Positions 8,239 to 17,267 of a stretch of DNA of 64,000 nucleotides are shown one piece after another. The notes beneath the pieces are model-generated. The model searched no databases. It was not told the origin of the DNA and was given only the letters and a program-made list of their open reading frames with translations. Source of the DNA: an uncultured delta proteobacterium (GTDB taxonomy: Bacteria; Desulfobacterota; Binatia; HRBIN30; BPIQ01); assembly GCA_963761335.1 (NCBI GenBank), contig CAVXGR010000025.1:20366-84365 (forward strand). The letters are read 5' to 3'. The position numbers were made by a program, and so were the translations under genes. The first letter of the stretch is position 1, and each line of letters begins with the position of its first letter.

Positions 8239-9852
8239 ATGAGCCCGACGCGGCGTCGCGCCCGCTTCGCCGAGCTGTGGGCTCCGTACTGGCCCGGAAA
8301 GTCCCTGGCCGCGTTTTTCGAGGCGACCGCCGCCGCCCGGCCCGGGGCGCTCGCCATCGCCGACGGCTCTCTGCGACTGAGCTTCGCGCAGCTGCAGGAG
8401 GCGGCGGCCCGCGTCGCTGGCGGCCTGGGGCGGCTCGGGATCCGTCCGGGCGATACCGTCGCCTATCAATTGCCGAACTGGTGGGAGGCGATCGCCTTCT
8501 TCCTCGGTGCGGCGCGCGCCGGTGCGGTCGTCAACCCGCTCCTGCCGCTGTTTCGCGAGCCCGAGCTGCTGTTCACCCTGCAGCAGTCGCAGGCGAGTCT
8601 GGTGCTCGTCGCTGAAGAGCACCGCGGCATCGGGCACCGCGCCATCGTCGAAGGGCTTCGGGATCGACTGCCGTCGCTGCGGCACGTCGTCGCCTGCCGC
8701 GGCGCTCCGGGCAGCGGGAGTTTCGAGGAGATGCTGGGGAGCGGATCGAGCGCCGCCGCGGCAGAGCTTCCGGGCGATGCCGTGCTGCTGCTCATGTACA
8801 CCTCGGGGACGACGGCGGAACCCAAAGGGGTGCTGCACACCCACGACACGCTGGCGGCGGAGGTCTTGTCGCTGGCGCGCGTGCACGGTCTCGGCCCCGG
8901 CGACGTGACTCTGCTTCCCTCGCCGCTGACGCACATCTCCGGGGTCCTTCACGGCATCCTCGTGCCGGCGATCCTGGGGACCGCCGCCGTGCTGATGGAG
9001 CGCTGGGATGTACGGCGCGCTCTCGAGCTGGTCGAAGCGGAGGAGGTGACCTACATGGTGGGGGCGCCGACGTTCCTGCGCGACCTGATCGCCGGCGCCG
9101 GCGGCGAAGGCCGCGAGCTGGGCTCGCTGCGCCTCTTCTCCTGCGGCGGCGCCGACGTATCCGGCGAGCTGATCCGCAGGGCGCGGGCACGCCTGCCCGG
9201 CTGCGTCGCCAAGCGCGTCTACGGCTCGACCGAGTTTCCGACGATCAGCACCACCGGCGCCGATGACGCCGAGCAGCGGGGCGCTGATTCCGAAGGGCGC
9301 CCCATCGCTCCAGTGGAGGTGCGCATCGTCGACGAGTCCGGTGGCTCGCTGGCCGGAGGCGGCGTCGGCGAGGTGCAGGCGCGTGGGCCGGAGTGCTTCG
9401 TGGGCTATGCCGACGCGGCGCTCGACGACGAGGCATTCACCGCCGACGGGTGGTTTCGCAGCGGCGATCTCGGCTCTTTGGATGCGGATGGATACCTGAC
9501 GATCGCGGGACGGATGAAGGAGATCGTGGTCCGCAAGGGCGAGAAGATCAGCGTGCGGCAGCTGGAGGAGCTGATCGCCGCCCATCCGGCCGTCGCCGAG
9601 GTCTCGGTGGTCGCCTTGCCCGACGCCGACACCGGCGAGCGCGCCTGCGCGGCGGTGCGGCTGAAGCCAGAAGCGAGGCTCGATCTCGAGTCGCTGTGTC
9701 GGTTCCTCGGCGAGCGCGGACTGGCCAGGCAGAAGCACCCGGAGCAGCTCGAACTCCTGGAGGCCTTGCCGCGCACCGAGAGCGGCAAGGTGCAGCGCCC
9801 GGCGCTGCACCGCCTGCTCGAGGCGCGGCCGTTTGCGCGCCGATCTCGCTAG
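8239..9852 (+). CDS. AMP-dependent acyl-CoA synthetase/ligase
   Basis: Frame of ORF 8005..9852. ATG 8239 lies 10 nt after the upstream stop. AMP-binding motif LMYTSGTTAEPKGV, then GYLTIAGRMKEIVVRKGEKIS and the C-terminal ESGKVQR. Confidence 0.88.
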   Translation: MSPTRRRARFAELWAPYWPGKSLAAFFEATAAARPGALAIADGSLRLSFAQLQEAAARVAGGLGRLGIRPGDTVAYQLPNWWEAIAFFLGAARAGAVVNPLLPLFREPELLFTLQQSQASLVLVAEEHRGIGHRAIVEGLRDRLPSLRHVVACRGAPGSGSFEEMLGSGSSAAAAELPGDAVLLLMYTSGTTAEPKGVLHTHDTLAAEVLSLARVHGLGPGDVTLLPSPLTHISGVLHGILVPAILGTAAVLMERWDVRRALELVEAEEVTYMVGAPTFLRDLIAGAGGEGRELGSLRLFSCGGADVSGELIRRARARLPGCVAKRVYGSTEFPTISTTGADDAEQRGADSEGRPIAPVEVRIVDESGGSLAGGGVGEVQARGPECFVGYADAALDDEAFTADGWFRSGDLGSLDADGYLTIAGRMKEIVVRKGEKISVRQLEELIAAHPAVAEVSVVALPDADTGERACAAVRLKPEARLDLESLCRFLGERGLARQKHPEQLELLEALPRTESGKVQRPALHRLLEARPFARRSR

Positions 9853-9884
9853 CGGTTCTTGTCTCCGCTCTTCATTCCCTGTTC

Positions 9885-10033
9885 TCATTCCCTGTTCTCA
9901 TTCCCGGTTCTCATGCCGTCGTTTTCCATGGTTCTGCGGGTCGCGTGAGATCCCGGCCGGCTGTGAGTTATCGCGGCTCTCAGAGCGAATGGAAAACGAC
10001 GGCATGAGAACCGCTGATGAGAATCGGGAATGA
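9885..10033. repeat. Long intergenic inverted repeat with 13-bp periodic arms (element C)
   Basis: The arms are 9885-9929 and 9989-10033. The inner 25 bp are perfect (cggttctcatgccgtcgttttccat / atggaaaacgacggcatgagaaccg). The outer 20 nt match at 15 of 20. The left arm carries GTTCTCATTCCCK-type 13-mers. The loop is 59 nt. It sits between the convergent stops at 9852 and 10105. Confidence 0.9.
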
Positions 10034-10104
10034 CTGAATAGGTGCGCCCCATTTGAGGGAAGCCGGCGAGAGGGAGGGGGTGGACTCCCGCTCGCCGGTG
10101 ACTG

Positions 10105-10428
10105 TCACGAAGACGGCTTTCCCTTTGCCGTCCCTCCGCCGGCGCCGCCGACGGTGATCTGGTCGCGGAAGGTCGACAGGCGCTTCTCGCCGATGCCGCT
10201 CACCGCCACCAGATCCTCGACCGACTTGAAGGGGCCGTGCTCCTGGCGGTGGGCGACGATCGCCTTTGCCGTCACCTCGCCGATGCCGTGCAGCGTCATC
10301 AACTGCTCGACGCTGGCGGTGTTGATGTTGAGCTTCTGGTCGTCGCCGGCCCACGCGCTGCGCAGGCCGATTGCGGTCAGACAGAGCGCCAGAAGCAGTG
10401 CCAGATACCTCGTTCGCTGGTAAGCCAT
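10105..10428 (-). CDS. comEA: ComEA-family helix-hairpin-helix DNA-binding protein
   Basis: Start at ATG 10428, with AAGGAGG 6 nt upstream. Signal/anchor MAYQRTRYLALLLALCLTAIG. Then LNINTASVEQLMTLHGIGEVTAKAIVAHRQEHGPFKSVEDLVAVSGIGEKRL, a tandem HhH as in ComEA. Confidence 0.85.
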   Translation of the reverse strand: MAYQRTRYLALLLALCLTAIGLRSAWAGDDQKLNINTASVEQLMTLHGIGEVTAKAIVAHRQEHGPFKSVEDLVAVSGIGEKRLSTFRDQITVGGAGGGTAKGKPSS

Positions 10429-10536
10429 CCATAGCCTCCTTGGTAGTAGGGTTGGTTGAAGTCCGCGCCCCCACCCCTGGAACGCGCGATTTTCATAGCA
10501 TGGCGTGACGGGGGCGAATAGTGGGTATTTTCGGTA

Positions 10537-10892
10537 GTGGGGGATTTTGAATTGAGTTGAACCTGACTTCCCCAGGTTGCATCTGGGGGCGGGAGCGCAG
10601 AGATCATTCGCCCCGAAGGGGCGCAGGCGTGTAGCCCCGGGGCTCCGACCCGGGGATTCCGAAGTCGACGTCGGCTGGCGCCCCGCCAGGGGCGCGGGCG
10701 CGGTTTTGACACAGGCCTCTGCACCCGAGGTTGCACGCCTGCGCCCCTGGCGGGGCGCATCGGGGAAGGCAGACCCGGGACCCCCGGGGCTCCGACCCGG
10801 GGATCCCCGGGTCTCCGACCCGGGGCTACATGCCTGCGCCGCTTCGCGGCGCGATCCCCCAGCCCAAGTTGGGTCGTGGGGGATTTTAATTG
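10537..10892. repeat. Mosaic of GC-rich hairpin elements bracketed by an 18-bp direct repeat
   Basis: GTGGGGGATTTT(G)AATTG occurs at 10537-10554 and at 10876-10892. Between them lie family R1 in inverted orientation (10607-10642) and direct orientation (10820-10854), and a family R2 hairpin pair (10678-10695 gcgccccgccaggggcgc and 10741-10758 gcgcccctggcggggcgc, exact reverse complements). CCCGGGG-CTCCGA-CCCGGGG modules lie at 10635-10655, 10783-10802 and 10806-10825. Confidence 0.85.
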
Positions 10893-10952
10893 GTAAGGGA
10901 ATTTTGAAACGAAACGCGCTTGATCTCAAGATTCACCGCTACTGTATTTTCT

Positions 10953-11055
10953 CCGTGCCCGTGCCCGTGCCCGTGCCCATGCCCGTCGTCTTCCGCGCCG
11001 ATGTTCCTTCTCCGCTCTGCTCAGAGACGGGCGCGGGCACGGGCACGGACACGGG
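10953..11055. repeat. Hairpin made of inverted hexanucleotide microsatellites (element F)
   Basis: The left arm 10953-10987 is (GTGCCC)n. The right arm 11026-11055 is (GGGCAC)n-like. About 27 of 30 positions are complementary and the loop is 38 nt. It lies upstream of the Ycf48-like gene. Confidence 0.88.
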
Positions 11056-11116
11056 ACTGGTGGGAAATCTTCCTTGAATCTCCATCGCGGCAGTGCCTAG
11101 TGTGCTCTCGTTTGAC

Positions 11117-12184
11117 ATGCAGGCGAGGCTTAACCTATGGGAAGCACCATTTGCGACGGCGAGGCTTGTGGTCGATAGAACGTCAGGCGGGGGGACCTGG
11201 AGGGACTGGTGTGCGTGGGTTGCGGCTCTGCTGCTCTGTTTCGCAGCGATGGCCCGCGCCTCGATCAATGAGGTCGCCAATATCCCCGACAACCTCTACG
11301 ACGTCGACTTCATTTCGCCGCAAGAGGGATGGGTCGTCGGCGCCTTCGGAACCATCGGCCACACCACCGACGGCGGCAAGACCTGGCAACGGCAGGCGAG
11401 CACCACCGAGGAGCGCCTGTTCGGAGTCTCCTTCGCCGATGCCCAGCACGGCTGGGCGGTCGGTCGCGTCGGCACCATCGTGCACACGGCCGACGGCGTC
11501 ACCTGGCAGTCGCAGTCCGGAGTCACCGAGAAGCACCTCTTCAAGATAAAGGCGCTCTCCGCCAACGAGGCGTGGGCAATCGGCGACTGGGGCGTGATCG
11601 TTTACACCGCCGATGGAGGCGCCCACTGGCGGGACCGCTCTCTGACGCAGGACGTGATTCTCAACGATCTCAGCTTCGTCGACGACCAGCACGGCTGGAT
11701 CGTCGGTGAGGCCGGCGCCGTGTTCGCAACCGCCGACGGCGGTGCGACCTGGACGCGCCAGGACTCCGGCACGCAGAAGAGCCTCTTCGGGACCTGGTTC
11801 ATCGACCGGCAGCGCGGCTGGGCCGTCGGCCTCGATGGCCTGCTGATCCGCACCACCGACGGCGGCGCCACCTGGAAGGTCCAGCATGGGGACCCGTCGG
11901 TCGGCTCGCTCGAAGATATGGGTCTCTCCGAGGCGTTCAAGAATCCCAGCCTCTACGCGATCGAACTGAAAGGAAGCTTCGGCATGGCCGTCGGTGACAG
12001 GGGAACCATCTTGACCAGCGGCGACGCCGGCGCCACCTGGAAGGAGCAGCAGGTGCCTTCGGATTGGCGGCTGCGCTGGCTCCGCAGCGTCTCTCTGGTG
12101 GCCAACGCGGACGGCATGGCGGTCGGCGCCGGCGGTCTCATCATTCCGGTGGTCGACGGTACCATCGAGCTTGCGAGTCACTGA
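11117..12184 (+). CDS. Ycf48/HCF136-like Asp-box (BNR) beta-propeller protein
   Basis: ORF 11093..12184. Six SxDxGxTW-like repeats: TTDGGKTWQ, TADGVTWQ, TADGGAHWR, TADGGATWT, TTDGGATWK, SGDAGATWK. A hydrophobic signal-like segment WVAALLLCFAAMA is present. The start is ambiguous between ATG 11117 and GTG 11093. Confidence 0.75.
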   Translation: MQARLNLWEAPFATARLVVDRTSGGGTWRDWCAWVAALLLCFAAMARASINEVANIPDNLYDVDFISPQEGWVVGAFGTIGHTTDGGKTWQRQASTTEERLFGVSFADAQHGWAVGRVGTIVHTADGVTWQSQSGVTEKHLFKIKALSANEAWAIGDWGVIVYTADGGAHWRDRSLTQDVILNDLSFVDDQHGWIVGEAGAVFATADGGATWTRQDSGTQKSLFGTWFIDRQRGWAVGLDGLLIRTTDGGATWKVQHGDPSVGSLEDMGLSEAFKNPSLYAIELKGSFGMAVGDRGTILTSGDAGATWKEQQVPSDWRLRWLRSVSLVANADGMAVGAGGLIIPVVDGTIELASH

Positions 12185-12186
12185 CG

Positions 12187-14565
12187 ATGCTGTCGCGTCG
12201 CCTGATCGAGGGCTATCTCGACTTTCTCCTGCGGCGCCGTTTGCTCGTCGGCGCGCTGATCACCGGCGGCACCGCCTTCTTCGTCTGGTTCATGGTGTTC
12301 CACTTGGCGGTGTATCCGAACTTCTTCGACCTCTACCCGCCGAAGCACCCGTATATCCGCCTGTACCAGAAGTACCGCAGCATGTTCGGCACTGCCAACA
12401 TGCTGGCGATCGTGGTCGAGGTGAAGAAGGGTACCATCTTCGACGACCCCGCGACGGTGCAGAAGGTGGACCGCATCACCCTCGACCTGCTCCACGAGGT
12501 GCCCGGGGTGAACGGCGAGCAGGTTCTGTCGATCACCCACCCGAAGCTGAAGACGACACTGGCCTCCGGCTCCGGCATCAAGGTCGTACCGCTGATCTAT
12601 CCCCGCATTCCGCGCGACAAGGATGATCTCGATTTCCTGCGCCAGAAGGTCTACGCCACCGAGGGCGTGCGCGGCTTCTTCGTCTCCAAGGACGACAAGG
12701 CGACGATGATCACCGCCGGCTTCTGGGAGGAGCACTTCGATCTTCTCGGCATGTGGAACAAGCTGCAGGAGATCAAGAAGCGCGAGCAGGACGCCAATAC
12801 CAACATCTACATCACTGGCCCGCCGATTCTCTATGCCTACGTGGTGCGGGCGCTGCCGAAGATGATCTGGGTCTTCGCGGCGACCGGCGCGGCGATGGTG
12901 CTGCTGCTGTGGCTCTACTTTCGCACCGCCCAGGGCGTGCTCATCCCCGCATTCTCGGGTCTGATGAGCGCCGTCTGGGGGCTCGGCTTCGCCGGCTTGT
13001 GCGGCTTCTCTCTCGACCCGCTGGTGCTGGTCGTCTTCGTCCTGATCACGGCGCGGGCCCTGAGCCACTCCGTGCAGTCGATGGAGCGCTATCACGAGGA
13101 GTACTTCCGGCTCCACGACAAGGAGGCGGCGATCCGCAAATCCTATGTCGAGATCTACAGCCCGGCGATGGTCTCCATCATCTCCGACGGCCTGGCGATT
13201 CTGACCATCGCCGTCGCCAGCATCCCGCTCATGCAGAAGCTCGCCTTCGTCGCCAGCTTCTGGATCATCAGCATCTTCCTCAGCGTCGTCACCCTGCACC
13301 CCATCATTCTCATGTACGTGCGGCCGCCGCGGGAGATCCCCAACGAGGGCTGGGCGGACGGCATCTACCGGCGCATCTGCAGCTTTCTGATTCTCATCAG
13401 CCGCGGCAACGCGCGCTGGGTGGTGGCCAGCGTCTCGGGCGTGGTGATGCTGGTGGCCCTCTTCATGGCGCACAACCTGCGGGTCGGCGACACCACCATG
13501 GGCTCGGCTCTCTTCTACCCGGACCATCCGGTGAACCAGGCCTTCCGCAAGGTCAATGAAGACTTCGTCGGCGCCAGCCAGCTGGTGATCATCGCCGAGG
13601 GCAAGAAGAAGGGCGCCCTCAAGGACGCGCACACGCTCTCCGAGCTGTCGCGCTTCCAGCGCTACATGGAGCAAGGGGAGGGGGCCGGCGGCTCGCTCAC
13701 GGCGACGACGCTGCTGAAGAAGATCTTCCGCACCTTTCACGAGGGCGACCCGAAGTGGGAGATGCTCCCGGTGCGCGACGATCACATCAGCCAGCTCTTC
13801 TTCTTCCTCATCTCGGGCACCGGGCGTGGCGAGATGGACCGCTTCTTCGACCCGACGATGACCAACGCCACCATCAGCGTGTTCTACAAGGACTACAACA
13901 ACGATATCATCCATTCCGCGATCGCCCGCGCCAAGGCCTACATCGCCCAGAACGACGGCGAGAAGTCCTCGGTGCGCTATCTGCTCGCCGGCGGTCTGCT
14001 GGGGATCCTGGCGGCGGTGAACGAGGAGGTGAACTGGTCCTATCGGATCAACATCACCCTGATTCTCTTGACGGTCTTCATCCTCAGCTATGGAACCTAT
14101 CGCTCGGTGATCGGTGCGCTGATCGTGATGACTCCGTCGCTGGTGGCGCAACCGCTCAGTGAGGCGGTAATGTATCTGACGGGCATCGATTTCAACATCA
14201 ACTCGCTGCCGGTGGCCGCCGTCGGTATCGGCATCGGCATCGACTACGGGTACTACGTGCTCAGCCGTATCGTCGAGGAGTACGAGGCGACGGGCGATTT
14301 CGACGAGGCCAACAGCCGCGCCATCGCCACCACCGGCAAGGCGGTAATCTTCACCGGGACGACGCTGATCGCCAGCGTCGCCTTCTGGATCTTTTTCCCC
14401 ATGAAGTTCCAGGCGCAGATGGCGTTGCTGCTGGTGATGATCCTGGTGTTTCACGTCATCGGAGCACTGGTGTTCATTCCGGCGGCCGTGTCGCTGTTGC
14501 GCCCGCGCTTCGCCGTATCGCGCAAGGCTCCGGAGCCGGTGCTCGCCCGCGCGCAGACGGGGTGA
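12187..14565 (+). CDS. RND-superfamily (MMPL/HpnN-like) membrane transporter
   Basis: Frame of ORF 12064..14565. ATG 12187 lies 2 nt after the upstream TGA. 792 aa with two blocks of hydrophobic helices separated by soluble loops, as in MMPL-type exporters. Confidence 0.75.
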   Translation: MLSRRLIEGYLDFLLRRRLLVGALITGGTAFFVWFMVFHLAVYPNFFDLYPPKHPYIRLYQKYRSMFGTANMLAIVVEVKKGTIFDDPATVQKVDRITLDLLHEVPGVNGEQVLSITHPKLKTTLASGSGIKVVPLIYPRIPRDKDDLDFLRQKVYATEGVRGFFVSKDDKATMITAGFWEEHFDLLGMWNKLQEIKKREQDANTNIYITGPPILYAYVVRALPKMIWVFAATGAAMVLLLWLYFRTAQGVLIPAFSGLMSAVWGLGFAGLCGFSLDPLVLVVFVLITARALSHSVQSMERYHEEYFRLHDKEAAIRKSYVEIYSPAMVSIISDGLAILTIAVASIPLMQKLAFVASFWIISIFLSVVTLHPIILMYVRPPREIPNEGWADGIYRRICSFLILISRGNARWVVASVSGVVMLVALFMAHNLRVGDTTMGSALFYPDHPVNQAFRKVNEDFVGASQLVIIAEGKKKGALKDAHTLSELSRFQRYMEQGEGAGGSLTATTLLKKIFRTFHEGDPKWEMLPVRDDHISQLFFFLISGTGRGEMDRFFDPTMTNATISVFYKDYNNDIIHSAIARAKAYIAQNDGEKSSVRYLLAGGLLGILAAVNEEVNWSYRINITLILLTVFILSYGTYRSVIGALIVMTPSLVAQPLSEAVMYLTGIDFNINSLPVAAVGIGIGIDYGYYVLSRIVEEYEATGDFDEANSRAIATTGKAVIFTGTTLIASVAFWIFFPMKFQAQMALLLVMILVFHVIGALVFIPAAVSLLRPRFAVSRKAPEPVLARAQTG

Positions 14566-14606
14566 GCTCGGCCGGCGCCCCCAGAGGCGAGAAAGATGAG
14601 GTCTGC

Positions 14607-15983
14607 ATGATGGTGACGCGGTGGCATTTTCTCTCGTTTGCGGGCGCCTTGCTCGCCGCTTCTCTGCTCCCTGCCGCTCCGCTGCGGGCGCAGACGCCGG
14701 CGCCGGCCGGCGCAACCACTCCGGCGGCGCCGGCGGCGCTCAAGCCGGGCGACGTCCTCGGGCCCGACAACTGGCAGGCGGCCAAGGATCTGCTGCCCCC
14801 GGAAATTCTCGACCACTACCGGAAGGGCGAGTACCGCAACCCGATCGTCGCCTGGCCGGAAGGGAACTACCACTGGGCGCCGCAGTTCGTCGAGGCCACC
14901 AAGCGCAACGCGACGGAGCTGTCGCTCAACGCCGACGGCGCGATCGTCGACAAGACCGGCAAGCAGCCGCCGCTCGTCTACGGCCTGCCGTTCCCGAACA
15001 TCGACGAGGCCGATCCGCAGGCGGGCGAGAAGGTGCTGTGGAACTACTTCTACAGCTACTGGGAGCAGGGCAACAGCTTCAACGTCATCCGCCTCGATTG
15101 GGTGAACCCGACTGGCATCGATCGCGAGTCGGGCCAGAAGGTGTACTTCCTCTACTACGACGGCCAGGCCGTGCCGTATCGGATTCCCAACCCCGACAAC
15201 CTCAGCCAGCAGTCCATCGCCACCACCATCTCGCCGGCCGATCTCCAGGGCACGACGGCACTCACCTGGCGCTACCGCGACTCCGACAAACGCGACTCCG
15301 CCTGGGTGTACGTGCCGGCGCTGCGGCGCGTGCGTGCCGTCAGCCCGGCGAATCGCTCCGACGGCTTTCTCGGCTCCGACATGAGCCAGGACGACGGCCC
15401 CTTCTTCGACGGCAAGCCCGAGGACTTCACCTGGAAGCTGGTGGGAGCGCGGCGGTTCTTCCGGCTCGTGGACCCGAAGAGCATCGCCGGCCAGACGATC
15501 ACCAAGAAGCTCCCCGGCGGCGGGTATCGCGCCGAATGGCCGGCCGGGTTCCGCATCGGCTTTCAGGACCCGAGCTGGAAGGGAATCGCCTGGGCGCCGA
15601 TCGCCGCGGCGCTCGCCGAGCGCCGCACCTGGGTGATCGAAGGTGTCCCCAAGGACAAGTACTATCTGTACGGCAAGCTGCAGCTCTACTTCGACGCGGA
15701 GAACTACCAGGGTGCCTGGAACCGCAAGTTCGGCTGGGACGGCGACCTGCTCAACACGCTGCAGGCGATGGGTTTCCAGAACGTCAAGGTCGGCGAGACC
15801 AAGGGCGTCGAGGACTGGGTGTGGGGCTCGAGCCACGCCTACCAGTGTGCCGAGAACGTCAAGATGAACCGCGCCACCGTCGGCGGTGACAAGCTGGCCG
15901 GCGAAGATGTCCCCACGGACCGGCGGGTGCCGATGGAGCCGAGCTTCTTCGACTTCTCCAACCTGCAGCGATTCGGCAAGTAG
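14607..15983 (+). CDS. DUF1329 (LolA-like outer-membrane lipoprotein-sorting fold) protein
   Basis: ORF 14562..15983. ATG 14607 has GAGG 5 nt upstream. Signal peptide MMVTRWHFLSFAGALLAASLLPAAPLRA. Motifs GLPFPNIDEADPQAGEKVLWNYFYSYW and YRDSDKRDSAWVYVPALRRVRAVSPANRSDGFLGSDMSQDD are as I recall for DUF1329. Confidence 0.7.
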   Translation: MMVTRWHFLSFAGALLAASLLPAAPLRAQTPAPAGATTPAAPAALKPGDVLGPDNWQAAKDLLPPEILDHYRKGEYRNPIVAWPEGNYHWAPQFVEATKRNATELSLNADGAIVDKTGKQPPLVYGLPFPNIDEADPQAGEKVLWNYFYSYWEQGNSFNVIRLDWVNPTGIDRESGQKVYFLYYDGQAVPYRIPNPDNLSQQSIATTISPADLQGTTALTWRYRDSDKRDSAWVYVPALRRVRAVSPANRSDGFLGSDMSQDDGPFFDGKPEDFTWKLVGARRFFRLVDPKSIAGQTITKKLPGGGYRAEWPAGFRIGFQDPSWKGIAWAPIAAALAERRTWVIEGVPKDKYYLYGKLQLYFDAENYQGAWNRKFGWDGDLLNTLQAMGFQNVKVGETKGVEDWVWGSSHAYQCAENVKMNRATVGGDKLAGEDVPTDRRVPMEPSFFDFSNLQRFGK

Positions 15984-16056
15984 CGCCGGGTCATGCAGGG
16001 AAAGGCGAGAATCCTCGGGCGGACGAGGCTCGGCCGAGTCACGCCCCGGAAACCAC

Positions 16057-17241
16057 ATGGACTTCCGCCTCGCTGAAGAAGAGGAGCGCTTTCGCTCCGA
16101 GGTCGAGGATTGGCTGCGCGCCAATCTGCCGGCAGGCTGGGGCACGCCGGCTTTCCGCGAGCCGGAGACCGCGGAGGAGAAGGTCGCCTTCGCCAGAAGC
16201 TGGCAGCGCCGCCTGCGCGACGGCGGCTGGGCGGGACTCTCGTGGCCGCTCGAGTACGGCGGCCGCGCCGCGTCCGTCGTCGAGCAGCTGATCTTCAACG
16301 AGGAGTACGCGCGCCTGCGGGCGCCCGACCTGATCAGCATCAGCGTCGGCCTGTCGCTGGTCGGCCCGACGCTGATCCGCTGGGGCACGCCGGCGCAGAA
16401 GGAGCGCTTTCTGACGCGCATCCTCTCGGGCGACGAGGTCTGGTGCCAGGGGTTCTCCGAGCCCAATGCCGGCTCGGATCTGGCCGCGGTGCGCACCCGC
16501 GCCGAGCGCCGCGGCGACTGGTACGTGGTCTCCGGACAGAAGATCTGGACCAGCTTCGCCCGCCATTCACAGTGGTGCATTCTGGTGGTGCGCACCGATC
16601 CGGAGGCCCCCAAGCACCGGGGCATCTCCTTCCTGATGGTGGACATGTCGAGCCCCGGCATCACCATCCGCCCGTTGCGGGAGATGACCGGCGACGCGTG
16701 GTTCAACGAGGTCTTCTTCGACGAGGTGCGGGTGCCGGCCGAGAACCTGGTCGGCGAGGAGAACCGCGGCTGGGAGGTGGTGATGACGACGCTGGCGCAC
16801 GAGCGCGGCGTCACCGCGCCGCATGTGCGCCTGCAGGCGGAGACCCGACTCCTGGCCCGACTGGCGCGCCAGCGCCGCAGCGACGGCCATCGCGCCAGCG
16901 ACGATCCGCACCACCGGCAGCGGATCGCGCAGCTGGCGATCGAGGCCGAGGTGCTGCGCGTGAGCGCCTATCGCAACATCACGCAGATTCAGCGCACCGG
17001 GCAGCCGGGCGCCAGCGGCTCGATGATGAAGCTCTTCTGGAGCGAGATGGACCAGCGGCTCAAGGACGCCGCTTTCGAGGTTCTCGGCGCCTACGGCATT
17101 CTCGAGGGCAGCACCGCCGTCGATCGCGGCTGGTGGGCCCACGAGCTACTCTGGTCGCGGGCGGCAACCATTTACGCCGGCACCTCGGAGGTGCAGCGCA
17201 ACATCATCGCCCAGCGCGTGCTCGGGCTGCCGCGCCAGTAG
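16057..17241 (+). CDS. Acyl-CoA dehydrogenase
   Basis: Frame of ORF 15886..17241, ATG 16057 (MDFRLAEEEERFRSEVEDWL). Motifs: WPLEYGGRAAS, EVWCQGFSEPNAGSDLAAVRT, SGQKIWTS, YAGTSEVQRNIIAQRVLGLPRQ. Confidence 0.9.
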   Translation: MDFRLAEEEERFRSEVEDWLRANLPAGWGTPAFREPETAEEKVAFARSWQRRLRDGGWAGLSWPLEYGGRAASVVEQLIFNEEYARLRAPDLISISVGLSLVGPTLIRWGTPAQKERFLTRILSGDEVWCQGFSEPNAGSDLAAVRTRAERRGDWYVVSGQKIWTSFARHSQWCILVVRTDPEAPKHRGISFLMVDMSSPGITIRPLREMTGDAWFNEVFFDEVRVPAENLVGEENRGWEVVMTTLAHERGVTAPHVRLQAETRLLARLARQRRSDGHRASDDPHHRQRIAQLAIEAEVLRVSAYRNITQIQRTGQPGASGSMMKLFWSEMDQRLKDAAFEVLGAYGILEGSTAVDRGWWAHELLWSRAATIYAGTSEVQRNIIAQRVLGLPRQ

Positions 17242-17267
17242 GCTGCGAGCGACACAGAGGAGGACGA

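Noticed and set aside
10920-11549. ORF beginning with a CPCPCPCPCP repeat
   Set aside because: The Cys-Pro run is simply the (GTGCCC)n microsatellite read in frame. The rest overlaps the Ycf48-like gene out of frame.
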